A stretch of DNA of 64,000 bases from the NCBI GenBank assembly GCA_944323395.1, contig CALUSI010000010.1:9359-73358 (forward strand), given 5' to 3'. A program made the position numbers and the translations under genes. The first letter of the stretch is position 1; each line of letters opens with the position of its first letter. Source of the stretch: Candidatus Gastranaerophilales bacterium. GTDB lineage: Bacteria > Cyanobacteriota > Vampirovibrionia > Gastranaerophilales > Gastranaerophilaceae. A model generated the notes under the pieces. That model was not told the origin of the DNA. It worked only from the letters and a program-made list of their open reading frames with translations, and did not search any database. Below are positions 39,582 to 48,854 of this stretch, one piece after another.

Positions 39582-40655
39582 ATGTTTAACAATATATATA
39601 AAGGGAAAAAAATATTTTTAACGGGTCATACAGGTTTCAAAGGAAGTTGGCTTTGTTTATGGTTAACTAAATTGGGGGCTGAAGTATGTGGATACTCATT
39701 GTCTCCAAATACAACACCTTCAATGTATAAAGAGTTAAACATTGATGAAAAAATTACAAAATCGATAATTGGTGATATTTTAGACGAAAATTTATTAAAT
39801 AATTCAATTAATGATTTTCAACCTGATATAATATTTCATCTTGCGGCGCAACCATTAGTCAGATTGTCATATCATGAGCCTGTTTTAACATATAAAACAA
39901 ATGTTATTGGCTCTTTGAATGTTCTTGAAGCAGCGAGACATTGCAAATCTGTAAAAGCATTTGTAAATGTTACTACAGATAAATGTTACGAAAATAAAGA
40001 AGTAAACAGAGGTTATAAAGAAGATGAACCTATGGGTGGTTACGATATGTATTCTTCTTCAAAAGGTTGTGTTGAAATATTATCATCATCATTTCGCCGT
40101 TCTTTTCTTCAAAAAGAGGGTGCTATGGCAATGGCAACAGCAAGAGCCGGTAATGTTATAGGCGGGGGAGATTGGGCATTAGACAGGTTAGTACCTGATT
40201 GTATTCGTGCAATTAATTCAAATAATGATATTGAAATTAGGAATCCTATAGCAGTAAGACCTTGGCAGCACGTGTTAGAACCATTGTCAGGGTATTTATT
40301 GCTGGGTCAAAAATTGTTGGAAGAAGGGTCTAAATATGCGGATGGATTTAATTTTGGACCAAATGAAGATAGTGTGTTAACAGTTGCAGAAGTAGCAAAG
40401 AAAGTAACAGAATTTTATTCCAAAGGAAAAGTTATTGTCGGAGAAGCAAGCCCCTTGCATGAGGCAGGTTTATTAATGTTGAATATTGAAAAGGCAAGAA
40501 ATATACTTGGTTGGATACCTACAAATAAAGCAGAAGAATCAATAAAAACAACTGTTGATTGGTATAAACATTTTTATGAAAAAGATGTTAACATTTATGA
40601 TTATACAATGAAACAAATAAGTGATTATGAGGAAAAAATTAAATGGATACAGTAA
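39582..40655 (+). CDS. rfbG: CDP-glucose 4,6-dehydratase
   Basis: KKIFLTGHTGFKGSWLCLWL, TTDKCYEN, YSSSK, and RAGNVIGGGDWA, all typical of RfbG/DdhB. Confidence 0.9.
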   Translation: MFNNIYKGKKIFLTGHTGFKGSWLCLWLTKLGAEVCGYSLSPNTTPSMYKELNIDEKITKSIIGDILDENLLNNSINDFQPDIIFHLAAQPLVRLSYHEPVLTYKTNVIGSLNVLEAARHCKSVKAFVNVTTDKCYENKEVNRGYKEDEPMGGYDMYSSSKGCVEILSSSFRRSFLQKEGAMAMATARAGNVIGGGDWALDRLVPDCIRAINSNNDIEIRNPIAVRPWQHVLEPLSGYLLLGQKLLEEGSKYADGFNFGPNEDSVLTVAEVAKKVTEFYSKGKVIVGEASPLHEAGLLMLNIEKARNILGWIPTNKAEESIKTTVDWYKHFYEKDVNIYDYTMKQISDYEEKIKWIQ

Positions 40656-41920
40656 TTATAGGTAGCGGAATATCCGGTATTTCAGCAGGCTATCATCTTC
40701 AAAAGGGAGGAGAAAAAGTTGTAATATACGAGAAAGACAATAATTGGGGTGGCCTTTGTGGTAATTTTACTATAGATGGCTTTAGATTTGATAGGTTTGT
40801 ACATTTCACTTTTGCTGATAATGAATATATTAGAAATTTATTTGAAGAATCTTCTCCTACTTATGCACATCCGAGTATATCAAGTAATTACTATAAGGGG
40901 TATTGGCTTAAACATCCTGCGCAAAATAATATTGCACCATTAACGGTAGATGAGAAAGTTGATATTATAAAAGGTTTTATAAACAGAAAAACTAAACCTT
41001 TTGAAGAAATAAAAGATTATGATGAATGGTTAAGGGTTCAATATGGCGATTATTTTGCAGAAAACTTTCCATTTAAATACACTCGTAAATATTGGGGATT
41101 AGAACCCAAAGAACTTGAAACAAAGTGGGTTGGAAATAGAATGCATACCCCTAATATAGATGAAGTTTTAAAAGGTTCATATGAAACTCAAGAAAAAATA
41201 TTCTATTATACATCGCATATGAAATATCCTAAAAAAGGCGGATTTAGAAGTATTTTAAATAAATGCCGAGAAGGTTTAGATATTCGATTTAATAAAGAAG
41301 TTGTTGAAATTAATCCTTTAGAAAAATATATAAAATTTAGTGATGGAACAAAAGAGAACTATAAAAGATTAATTTCAAGTTTGCCTTTGCCTGAAATTGT
41401 AAAAATGATAAAAAGTTGTCCAGAGGAAGTTATAAATTGCGCAGATAAATTACATAATACCTGCGGATATATGGTTTCATTAGGTTTCAAAAGACCTGAT
41501 GTCCCAAAGCATTTATGGTTTTATATTTATGATGAAGATATTCTTGCTTCAAGGGTATATTCTCCAAGTATGAAATCTTTAGATAATGTGCCAAATGGAT
41601 GCAGTTCTTTACAAGCTGAAATATTCTTCGATTGTAAATCTGAAATTCCAAGTAAAGAGGTTGTAATGAAAAATACTATTGAAAAATTAGTATCTATGGG
41701 ATTATTTAAAGAAGATGAAATTATAGTAAAAGATATTCGTTTTGAAAAATATGCAAATATCACTTTCGATAAAAATATTTATACAAATAGAAAAGTAGTA
41801 TTGGATTATTTGAAAAATCAAAATATAGAAACAATTGGCAGATTTGGGAAATGGGAATATTATTGGACACATCAGGCTTTTAAAAGCGGTATGGATACTG
41901 TTAAAAATGAGGAAAAATAA
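40643..41920 (+). CDS. FAD-dependent oxidoreductase, candidate nucleotide-sugar pyranose/furanose mutase
   Basis: GSGISGISAGYHL...VIYEKDNNWGGLC dinucleotide-binding motif. Overlaps the rfbG stop by 13 nt. The mutase role is inferred from context only. Confidence 0.6.
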   Translation: MDTVIIGSGISGISAGYHLQKGGEKVVIYEKDNNWGGLCGNFTIDGFRFDRFVHFTFADNEYIRNLFEESSPTYAHPSISSNYYKGYWLKHPAQNNIAPLTVDEKVDIIKGFINRKTKPFEEIKDYDEWLRVQYGDYFAENFPFKYTRKYWGLEPKELETKWVGNRMHTPNIDEVLKGSYETQEKIFYYTSHMKYPKKGGFRSILNKCREGLDIRFNKEVVEINPLEKYIKFSDGTKENYKRLISSLPLPEIVKMIKSCPEEVINCADKLHNTCGYMVSLGFKRPDVPKHLWFYIYDEDILASRVYSPSMKSLDNVPNGCSSLQAEIFFDCKSEIPSKEVVMKNTIEKLVSMGLFKEDEIIVKDIRFEKYANITFDKNIYTNRKVVLDYLKNQNIETIGRFGKWEYYWTHQAFKSGMDTVKNEEK

Positions 41921-42146
41921 AAAGCAAGTTATATTAATTATATCTATGTAATTATTTATTGCTTCATTTAAATATTTTATAGAAAAAGTATTTTCAAGAA
42001 AGGTTATTTAACAAGAACTTTCTGTTGTACATGATGAACTTAACTAGAAGATATTATAAGTTTACACTGAAATTACTAGCTATTAAATTAAACAGATAAA
42101 ACTATAAAAAATACTAGAATACTTATTTAATATGTGTAAATAAAGC

Positions 42147-44879
42147 TCAATATTTATATAATATATTGTTATTTTTCATAACTGATAATAAATACCTTGA
42201 CTCCAAATCAAAATTATGACAAAAACTTTTTTGCTTTGCCTCTTCTATTGTTCTATCATTAAAATAATGAGAAGAATAATCATCTACACTTTCTTGCAGA
42301 AATGAAAAACCATAAGCACTAATTTTCTTACAAGAACATTCTTTTAACAAAAAGTTTAAAATATTAAATCCCGTAGTTGGAAAAAATACACCACTTTCCA
42401 TCTTTAAATTTCTCATAAAGTTTTTATCTAAGGACAGAGAAAGTATTTTATTCACATTAATATCCCTATGCATTATATCAAGGAAATTATATAAAATAGG
42501 AAATTGTGAATAGTCTGTAGCCCAAACACAAGCTTGATAAAAATTATCTTTAGTCATATCCTTTACATCTACTGAGCCCATACCCCTAACCCAAATATCA
42601 GTCTTTTGTCCATAATCTTCTATATAATTTTGTGTATCATAGTTATTAACTCTGATTACTAAATCATGAGAATCAATTTCATTTCCTTTTCTTTTTCCAA
42701 TTTCAGATGGTCCATTTCCGACAACAGAAACGGATTTATCTTTTACTAGATTTTTGAATGTAATAATATTTCTCAACAACTGTTCATATACAATAGTAGC
42801 TTTTTCAATATCTACATTATTATATCCGTTTTCAACTGCAAATTTAGATACAATGAAATATTTATTAATATTAACCAATCCCCAACGTTTAATATATTCT
42901 AATAGTACAGCTTTAGCTGTAACATAATCTTCATTCTCAATTAGAGTTGCAATGTATATCAATAAATCATCATTTGACAAATCTTTTAGTTTAGTATTTT
43001 GTATATATTTCTTACAAATTATTAGCATTTCTTTAGAGTTTATATGTTTAATAAATGCGTCTAATAATGATGTTGCAAAAATATATTGGCCATTTTGCAC
43101 ACTACAAAAAGTCTGAATTTGTAATCGATTTTGAAGAATTTCAATTTTTTTATTTAAATAAATGAATCTAGCTTCTGCCATTCTTAAACGTTCAGATGTC
43201 CTACATTTTTTTACTTGAAAACCTAAAATAAAATATATAGAATGTCCATCTGAAGCAGATTTATGAAATATTTTCTTTTTTATACGAATAATATTATTTT
43301 TAAAATTATTTATAAAATTATTATAAAAGGGGGTTTGTTTGTAATAATTAAAATATAAATCTTTATATGGACCGACATAATCTTTATTCCAAGGTTTTAT
43401 ATTTCCAACAAAATGTATAATTGAAGGATGTTTTTGAGCATAATTATAATCTCTAATATCATCAGGAATAAATCTTTCTCTTTTACTGTGGAACCAATGA
43501 TGAACATTCCATCTTGTTGATAATACTTTTATATTTCCTCTAAAAATATCATTTATTAAATCTTGATCCCCTAATTGATATTTATCAATAAAGTTACAAA
43601 TGTAATCATTTAATTTCTGAATATAGTTTGTATTACGCAATTTCTGTAAATCAAGTAATAAAACACCCGCATTAATATATTTAGATGTAAGCATATTATG
43701 TCCCAAACTTTTACCTAACACAATACCATTTACATCTTCACAGCCAGCAATAGGGCATTCATCCATATCTATTGAATAAAGTTTTGAAATATCATCTAAA
43801 ACAAGAGTATCCGAATCAATATATATAACCTTATCTTCATTAGGAAGAAGATGTGGTAATAATAATCTCAAAAAAGTAATATTATTTATATGTTTAGGCA
43901 CTTTTATATGTTGAAAAATATCAATTTGTTTATTAGAAACATCAATAAAACTAATTTTATAATTATTACCTTTCTTTAAATTAGTTATTTTTTTCTTTAA
44001 TTTTTGAGATATTTTCTTATTTGTTAAAATATAAAAACATAAGTAAAAATTTTTATCTACATTATTTAACATCGACAACATAGTCGTAGCACAATAAGGC
44101 AAGTATTCATTACTTGAGGATAAAACAACCGGGATTTTCTGTAATTCATTATATCTATACAAAGAGATTTCTTTTATTTTTAGTTCATTTTGGTGTTTAA
44201 ATACATATACATTTAACAAAATTTCACCAAAGAACCCTTTTATTCTTTTTTGTTCAATACAATCATTGATATTAAAATTTAGAATACTAAATAACCAATT
44301 AGAATAATCAAAAAATTGTTCTTTTTTCATTATAAATATATTGTACCAATGTATTTTATCTGTTTTTAATACTGTATCAAATGCATTTTTATATTCAGGA
44401 TAAAGATCTATTACTCTTTTGTATATATAATTAATATCGACAATATTATGTTCAACAGTCCAATGATCGATAATACTATTTTTATACTTTTTCTCTTGAT
44501 TTGAATAAGCACAAATTTTTTTAGAGACGATAATATCAAAATTTTTAATAATACTAAATATATGCTTTTTTGAAAAATTGAGTTCACTAAAATCTACAGA
44601 TTTTTCACGATTAAAATCAAATAACCGTCTATAATGCATGAATCCAACATAATTAGGAGCTCCAATTTCATTGTAATTTTTCCATACCCAATATTGTGCA
44701 GTTAGTTCACAATAAGTATCATTTTCAGAGGAAATATTATCTCCTGTATTATCGCCAATCATGTCTTGAAAAACTTCGTCTGAAATAGCTCTACCTGTCT
44801 GAATGGGAATAACAACATTTGAACTTATTAATTTATGCTTATTTTTATAACTGACAAAAATTTTTACTTGATTATTCAT
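42147..44879 (-). CDS. three-module glycosyltransferase: DUF4422-type + GT8 + C-terminal Cst/GT42-like module (paralog A)
   Basis: N-terminus IFVSYK..PIQTGRA..DNISSEN..YCELTAQYWVWKN..VGFMHYRR. GT8 with YIDSDTLVLDD and HFVG..KPW. C-terminal VSVVGNGPSEIG..IDSHDLVIRVNNY and ISAYGFSF resemble the sialyltransferase (Cst-II/GT29 L-motif) pattern. Confidence 0.75.
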   Translation of the reverse strand: MNNQVKIFVSYKNKHKLISSNVVIPIQTGRAISDEVFQDMIGDNTGDNISSENDTYCELTAQYWVWKNYNEIGAPNYVGFMHYRRLFDFNREKSVDFSELNFSKKHIFSIIKNFDIIVSKKICAYSNQEKKYKNSIIDHWTVEHNIVDINYIYKRVIDLYPEYKNAFDTVLKTDKIHWYNIFIMKKEQFFDYSNWLFSILNFNINDCIEQKRIKGFFGEILLNVYVFKHQNELKIKEISLYRYNELQKIPVVLSSSNEYLPYCATTMLSMLNNVDKNFYLCFYILTNKKISQKLKKKITNLKKGNNYKISFIDVSNKQIDIFQHIKVPKHINNITFLRLLLPHLLPNEDKVIYIDSDTLVLDDISKLYSIDMDECPIAGCEDVNGIVLGKSLGHNMLTSKYINAGVLLLDLQKLRNTNYIQKLNDYICNFIDKYQLGDQDLINDIFRGNIKVLSTRWNVHHWFHSKRERFIPDDIRDYNYAQKHPSIIHFVGNIKPWNKDYVGPYKDLYFNYYKQTPFYNNFINNFKNNIIRIKKKIFHKSASDGHSIYFILGFQVKKCRTSERLRMAEARFIYLNKKIEILQNRLQIQTFCSVQNGQYIFATSLLDAFIKHINSKEMLIICKKYIQNTKLKDLSNDDLLIYIATLIENEDYVTAKAVLLEYIKRWGLVNINKYFIVSKFAVENGYNNVDIEKATIVYEQLLRNIITFKNLVKDKSVSVVGNGPSEIGKRKGNEIDSHDLVIRVNNYDTQNYIEDYGQKTDIWVRGMGSVDVKDMTKDNFYQACVWATDYSQFPILYNFLDIMHRDINVNKILSLSLDKNFMRNLKMESGVFFPTTGFNILNFLLKECSCKKISAYGFSFLQESVDDYSSHYFNDRTIEEAKQKSFCHNFDLESRYLLSVMKNNNILYKY

Positions 44880-44938
44880 TATAAATTACCATTCTAAAAC
44901 GTATTCAAATATAATATTTACACTTTTTTTTATATTTT

Positions 44939-44966
44939 ATACAACAAATTGTATATTTTGTTGTAT
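44939..44966. repeat. left lox/dif-like dyad site (IRL): ATACAACAAA-TTGTATAT-TTTGTTGTAT
   Basis: Perfect 10-bp inverted arms around an 8-bp spacer, 17 nt upstream of the recombinase start. Its reverse complement shares a perfect 14-nt run with 45562-45575. Confidence 0.7.
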
Positions 44967-44982
44967 TGAAAGGAGCTTAAAT

Positions 44983-45525
44983 ATGTCTGTTGTCGAACCA
45001 ATAAGAAACAAAATGGTAATTAAAAACATTGAAGAATTTTTAAAAAAAAGGAAATTAAGAGATTATGTTCTATTTTGTCTGGGAATCAATTCGGGATTAA
45101 GAATTTCTGATATTTTAAATTTAAATGTGTCTGACGTAAAAAATAAGAATTATTTAAAATTATGCGAGAAGAAGACAGGTAAGTATAAAATAGTTCCTTT
45201 AAATAAAAAATTAAAAAATATTTTAAACATTTACACTCGAAATAGAGCGTTAGACGAACCTTTATTTTTAACGAAATTCAATAATAGAATGGATAGGATA
45301 ACAGCATACAGAATTATAAACAATGCTTGCAAAGAAAAAAATTTAAAAACAAATATAGGCACACATACTCTAAGAAAAACCTTCGGTTACCATTTTTATA
45401 AGGAATACAAAGACATTGCAATGTTACAAAAAATATTAAATCATTCAACACCTAGAATTACTATGAGATATATAGGAATAGATGATGAAGAAATTTGGAA
45501 TTGTTGTAAAAAATTTATTTTATAA
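44983..45525 (+). CDS. small tyrosine site-specific recombinase (catalytic domain only, FimB/FimE-like size)
   Basis: Catalytic residues are recognisable: R in GLRISD, K in KTGKYKIVPL, HxxR in HTLRKTF, H in LNHS, Y in MRYIG. At 180 aa it lacks an N-terminal core-binding domain. Confidence 0.85.
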   Translation: MSVVEPIRNKMVIKNIEEFLKKRKLRDYVLFCLGINSGLRISDILNLNVSDVKNKNYLKLCEKKTGKYKIVPLNKKLKNILNIYTRNRALDEPLFLTKFNNRMDRITAYRIINNACKEKNLKTNIGTHTLRKTFGYHFYKEYKDIAMLQKILNHSTPRITMRYIGIDDEEIWNCCKKFIL

Positions 45526-45554
45526 TTGTAAGCATGTTAGGTTTATAGTATACT
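45526..45554 (+). promoter_or_regulatory. candidate sigma70-type promoter TTGTAA-17 nt-TATACT inside the right end of the putative invertible segment
   Basis: -35 at 45526-45531, a 17-nt spacer, and -10 at 45549-45554. The predicted +1 falls at the start of IRR. Confidence 0.4.
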
Positions 45555-45558
45555 TTTT

Positions 45559-45586
45559 TTGCAACAAAATATACATAATGTTGCGT
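45559..45586. repeat. right lox/dif-like site (IRR): TTGCAACAAAATATACATAATGTTGCGT
   Basis: Dyad GCAACA...TGTTGC. Matches the reverse complement of IRL at 20/28 positions, including the perfect run CAACAAAATATACA (45562-45575). Confidence 0.7.
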
Positions 45587-45760
45587 TGAGAGTAAACAAT
45601 TTTAAAAGGTAAGTAGTATTGGATATTTTAATAAGTAAAAAGGCATCATAGCATAATCCATAGTTATAAGAGGATTCTGTTATTTTTTTTATTTATAGTG
45701 TAGTTTTATACAATGCAGTAATTGAGAGAAAAATCAATTTATTTGTGAGAGGAAATGTTA

Positions 45761-47746
45761 ATGGGAAATGATGTAAAAATTTTTGTGAGTTATAAAGAAA
45801 AACATAAAATTCTTGAAACTGGTATTATAAAACCAATTCAGACTGGACGTGCAATTGCTGATGAAGCTTTTGAAGGTATGATTGGCGATAATACAGGAGA
45901 TAATATTTCATCTGAAAACAATAAATATTGTGAGTTATCAGCACAATATTGGGTTTGGAAGCATTATGAAGAGATTGGGAATCCTGATTATGTTGGCTTT
46001 ATGCATTACCGTAGACATTTTCTTTTTAATGATAACTATCCGAAAAGTGAGAAAACTTGGTTAAACAAATCAAAGTATTATTTGTATGAGAATATAACAA
46101 ATGAATATATTCAGGAAAATTTTCAGGATGAATTAATAGAAAATTCTATAAACGGATACGATATAATTTTATGTGAACAATTCAATTTTTCAAATCATTT
46201 TGCAAAAACAATAAGAGAAAATTATTCGAAACTGTTAGGTCAAAATGTTGAAAATTATGATTTATTAATGACATTAGTAAAAAATATGTTTCCTGAATAT
46301 GAAGCTGCTGTTGAAAAGTTTAAAAAAACAAAAACAATGTGGTTATGTAATATGTTTATTATGAAAAAAGAGTTATTTTTTGAGTATAATAATTTTCTTT
46401 TCCCAATGTTGAAAAAAATTGATGAATTAGTTGATTCAAGTCATTTTACATATAATGGATTGAGATTTCTTGGCTATTTAAGCGAGTTTTTACTGAATAT
46501 ATTTATTTTACATAAAAGCTTGAATAATAATATAAATATAAATAATTTAGATATGGCTGTTTTTAACGAAGTATCAGATGAAGAATTTATTGAACCAATA
46601 TATAAAGAAAATTTTGTTCCAATAGTAATACCTTGTAGTAATCTATATGCACCATATTTAAGTGTTTGGCTTCAATCAATAATTGATAATTCTTCCAGCA
46701 ACAATAATTATGACATCATTGTTCTTCAAGATGATATTTCTATTCAAAATCAAGAAAAATTATCTTATATGCTGAAAGATCTAAATAACTTTTCATTGAG
46801 ATTTTATAATCCTAGTAAATATTTAGATAAATCAAAAATAAAAGTTGAGAAAAATTATTTAAGTTCTGTATCTTCTTATAGAATTCTTATAGATAAATTT
46901 ATGAAAGGTTATGATAAAGCAATTATATCTGAAGTTGATATGATTTTTAAGTCAGACATTATGGATTTATATAAAATAGATATAAAGAATTATCCAATAG
47001 CTGCGATTATCGACCCACATTTCATCAGAGGATATAACATTACGCCAAATAGAGAATATTATGCAATTGAAGAACTAAAACTAAAAGATAAATATAAATA
47101 TGTAAATACAGGTTTAATGATTTTAAACATTACTGAATTTTCTAAAAATAACTATTCAGATAAGTTGGTAGAATTGTTGTCTTCAGGAACATATATTTGT
47201 CTTGAGCAAGATGCGATGAATGAATTGTTTAATGGGAACATTTACATATTAGACTTAAAATGGAATTTTCTTGTCACAGACGAACAAAGAGAACAACTTG
47301 TAAAAAGTATGCCTAAAGATCTTTATGATAGCTGGATTGCAGCAAAATCTTCCTATTATGTGATACATTGGTGCGGTTCAAGAAAGCCTTGGATCAATCC
47401 AGATGAGTATTATGCATATAAGTGGTGGGAAATTGCAAAAAGGACGCCATTCTATGAAGAAATAATATATCAAAAAATAAATACAAATATTTCAAATTCA
47501 AAATCTGCTCCAATTCAAAATACAGAAAAGGTTATTAAACAGTTTATACAAAATCCTGTTGATTATTCTTTATTAACCAGTGTTTTATTCCAAAGAAAAA
47601 TATATTTAAAGTATTGGAAATATAAAATTTTGCAAAATTTTGTGTTTGGAAAGAAACGTGATGAATATAGAGCTAAAAAGTATAAATATAAAAATAGATG
47701 TTTACAAGTTAAAGATTTCATTAATAGGTATAAAAATGCTTACTAG
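45761..47746 (+). CDS. DUF4422-type + GT8 two-module glycosyltransferase (paralog B)
   Basis: Same N-terminal signature as paralog A. The GT8 region carries an E-V-D variant of the DxD motif. ATG 45761 has better spacing from GAGAGG (45747-45752) than ATG 45755. Confidence 0.82.
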   Translation: MGNDVKIFVSYKEKHKILETGIIKPIQTGRAIADEAFEGMIGDNTGDNISSENNKYCELSAQYWVWKHYEEIGNPDYVGFMHYRRHFLFNDNYPKSEKTWLNKSKYYLYENITNEYIQENFQDELIENSINGYDIILCEQFNFSNHFAKTIRENYSKLLGQNVENYDLLMTLVKNMFPEYEAAVEKFKKTKTMWLCNMFIMKKELFFEYNNFLFPMLKKIDELVDSSHFTYNGLRFLGYLSEFLLNIFILHKSLNNNININNLDMAVFNEVSDEEFIEPIYKENFVPIVIPCSNLYAPYLSVWLQSIIDNSSSNNNYDIIVLQDDISIQNQEKLSYMLKDLNNFSLRFYNPSKYLDKSKIKVEKNYLSSVSSYRILIDKFMKGYDKAIISEVDMIFKSDIMDLYKIDIKNYPIAAIIDPHFIRGYNITPNREYYAIEELKLKDKYKYVNTGLMILNITEFSKNNYSDKLVELLSSGTYICLEQDAMNELFNGNIYILDLKWNFLVTDEQREQLVKSMPKDLYDSWIAAKSSYYVIHWCGSRKPWINPDEYYAYKWWEIAKRTPFYEEIIYQKINTNISNSKSAPIQNTEKVIKQFIQNPVDYSLLTSVLFQRKIYLKYWKYKILQNFVFGKKRDEYRAKKYKYKNRCLQVKDFINRYKNAY

Positions 47747-48854
47747 TTTTATTTATAGAAAAAAAGATGATGGTATAAATAAAAAAGTTTATATTTTAGG
47801 GTTGCCAATATATTCAAAAAGAAGAAAAGACGGATATATCAAACGTTCTTATTTCTTTTCATTGTTGCAAATAAGAGAATATGACTATGAAAAAGTATAT
47901 TATTTTTGTAAATTAAAAGTATATAAAAATTTGAATATAACCAAATTACTTATTGATTTTCAAAATAAGAATGAACTTATTACAAAACTAGAAAATAACA
48001 TACTTATAAAAAATAATAATGAAATACTTAAAAAGAATAAAAATGATATTCTAGCAATTATAAAAAATGAAATAAAGGAGAATTTTTCTTTACTGGAAAA
48101 TAGTTTGTATGGTAAGGTTAAAACTTTAATTCAGTGTCAAAATGTCCATAAAGAAACATTCGGACCATACAAGAATGCTTTTCTCGGCAGTGATGTTGTT
48201 CTGGTTGCTTCAGGACCTACAGCAAAATTTCATATTCCAAAAGATGGAGTAATATATGTTGGCGTAAATAATGCTTGTTTGCTGGATAATGTCAAATTGG
48301 ATTATCTTTTCTGTCAGGATTTTTATATGGATGAAGAAAAAAGGAATGCTATTGTTAATTATAGACCAGATAAATGCAAGAAATTTTTTGGAAGAATACC
48401 TGATGAGAGAATTGCTGAATGTAGAAAAAGTGCTCAAGATGCTCATGTTACAAGATGTCCCAAGTGCTTTATAGAAAGAGCAAATGCGAAAGAATATTAT
48501 GTTGATGAAAAAATGAAATTTACGTTATGCATGGATATTGAGAATGAGCCGTTAAGTGCTTGGGGAATAGTTTTTCCTGCAATGCAGTTTATTTTACATG
48601 CACATCCCAAAAGAATATATTTGGTAGGCTGTGATTGTTCCTCCGGTTTCTTTTATAAATCAGAAGTAACTTTTGATAATTCGCCAATGAAACGAGGCTG
48701 GAAAATTTTAGCAGAACATATAAAAGAATTTTATCCAGATATAGAAGTAATTTCTTTAAATCCTGTTGGGTTAAGAGGATTATTTAAAGATGAATATTCT
48801 GAAGACTATCTTGCTAGCTTAAGTGAAGAAGAGAGGTCTTGTATAAGTGTATAA
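47736..48854 (+). CDS. hypothetical protein with C-terminal Cst/DUF115(MptE)-like nucleotide-sugar transferase-like module
   Basis: VVLVASGPTAKF...VGVNNA...LFCQD and IYLVGCDCS resemble the GNGPS/SGID pattern of Cst-type transferases. The track start (47640) lies inside the upstream gene; ATG 47736 overlaps its stop by 11 nt. Confidence 0.5.
   Translation: MLTSFIYRKKDDGINKKVYILGLPIYSKRRKDGYIKRSYFFSLLQIREYDYEKVYYFCKLKVYKNLNITKLLIDFQNKNELITKLENNILIKNNNEILKKNKNDILAIIKNEIKENFSLLENSLYGKVKTLIQCQNVHKETFGPYKNAFLGSDVVLVASGPTAKFHIPKDGVIYVGVNNACLLDNVKLDYLFCQDFYMDEEKRNAIVNYRPDKCKKFFGRIPDERIAECRKSAQDAHVTRCPKCFIERANAKEYYVDEKMKFTLCMDIENEPLSAWGIVFPAMQFILHAHPKRIYLVGCDCSSGFFYKSEVTFDNSPMKRGWKILAEHIKEFYPDIEVISLNPVGLRGLFKDEYSEDYLASLSEEERSCISV

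Larger units (their letters stand above)
44939..45586. other. putative invertible DNA segment carrying its own tyrosine recombinase and an outward promoter
   Basis: Inverted IRL/IRR sites flank the recombinase gene. The promoter at 45526-45554 lies inside the right end. Divergent paralogous glycosyltransferase genes lie on both sides. Confidence 0.5.

Noticed and set aside
45042-45049. A8 homopolymer near the 5' end of the recombinase gene, as a possible slipped-strand phase-variation tract. Similar A/T runs of 7-10 nt occur elsewhere, e.g. 31456-31464 and 44923-44930.
   Set aside because: A/T runs of this length are frequent throughout this AT-rich window, in housekeeping genes too. No G/C tracts or longer repeats typical of contingency loci were seen.
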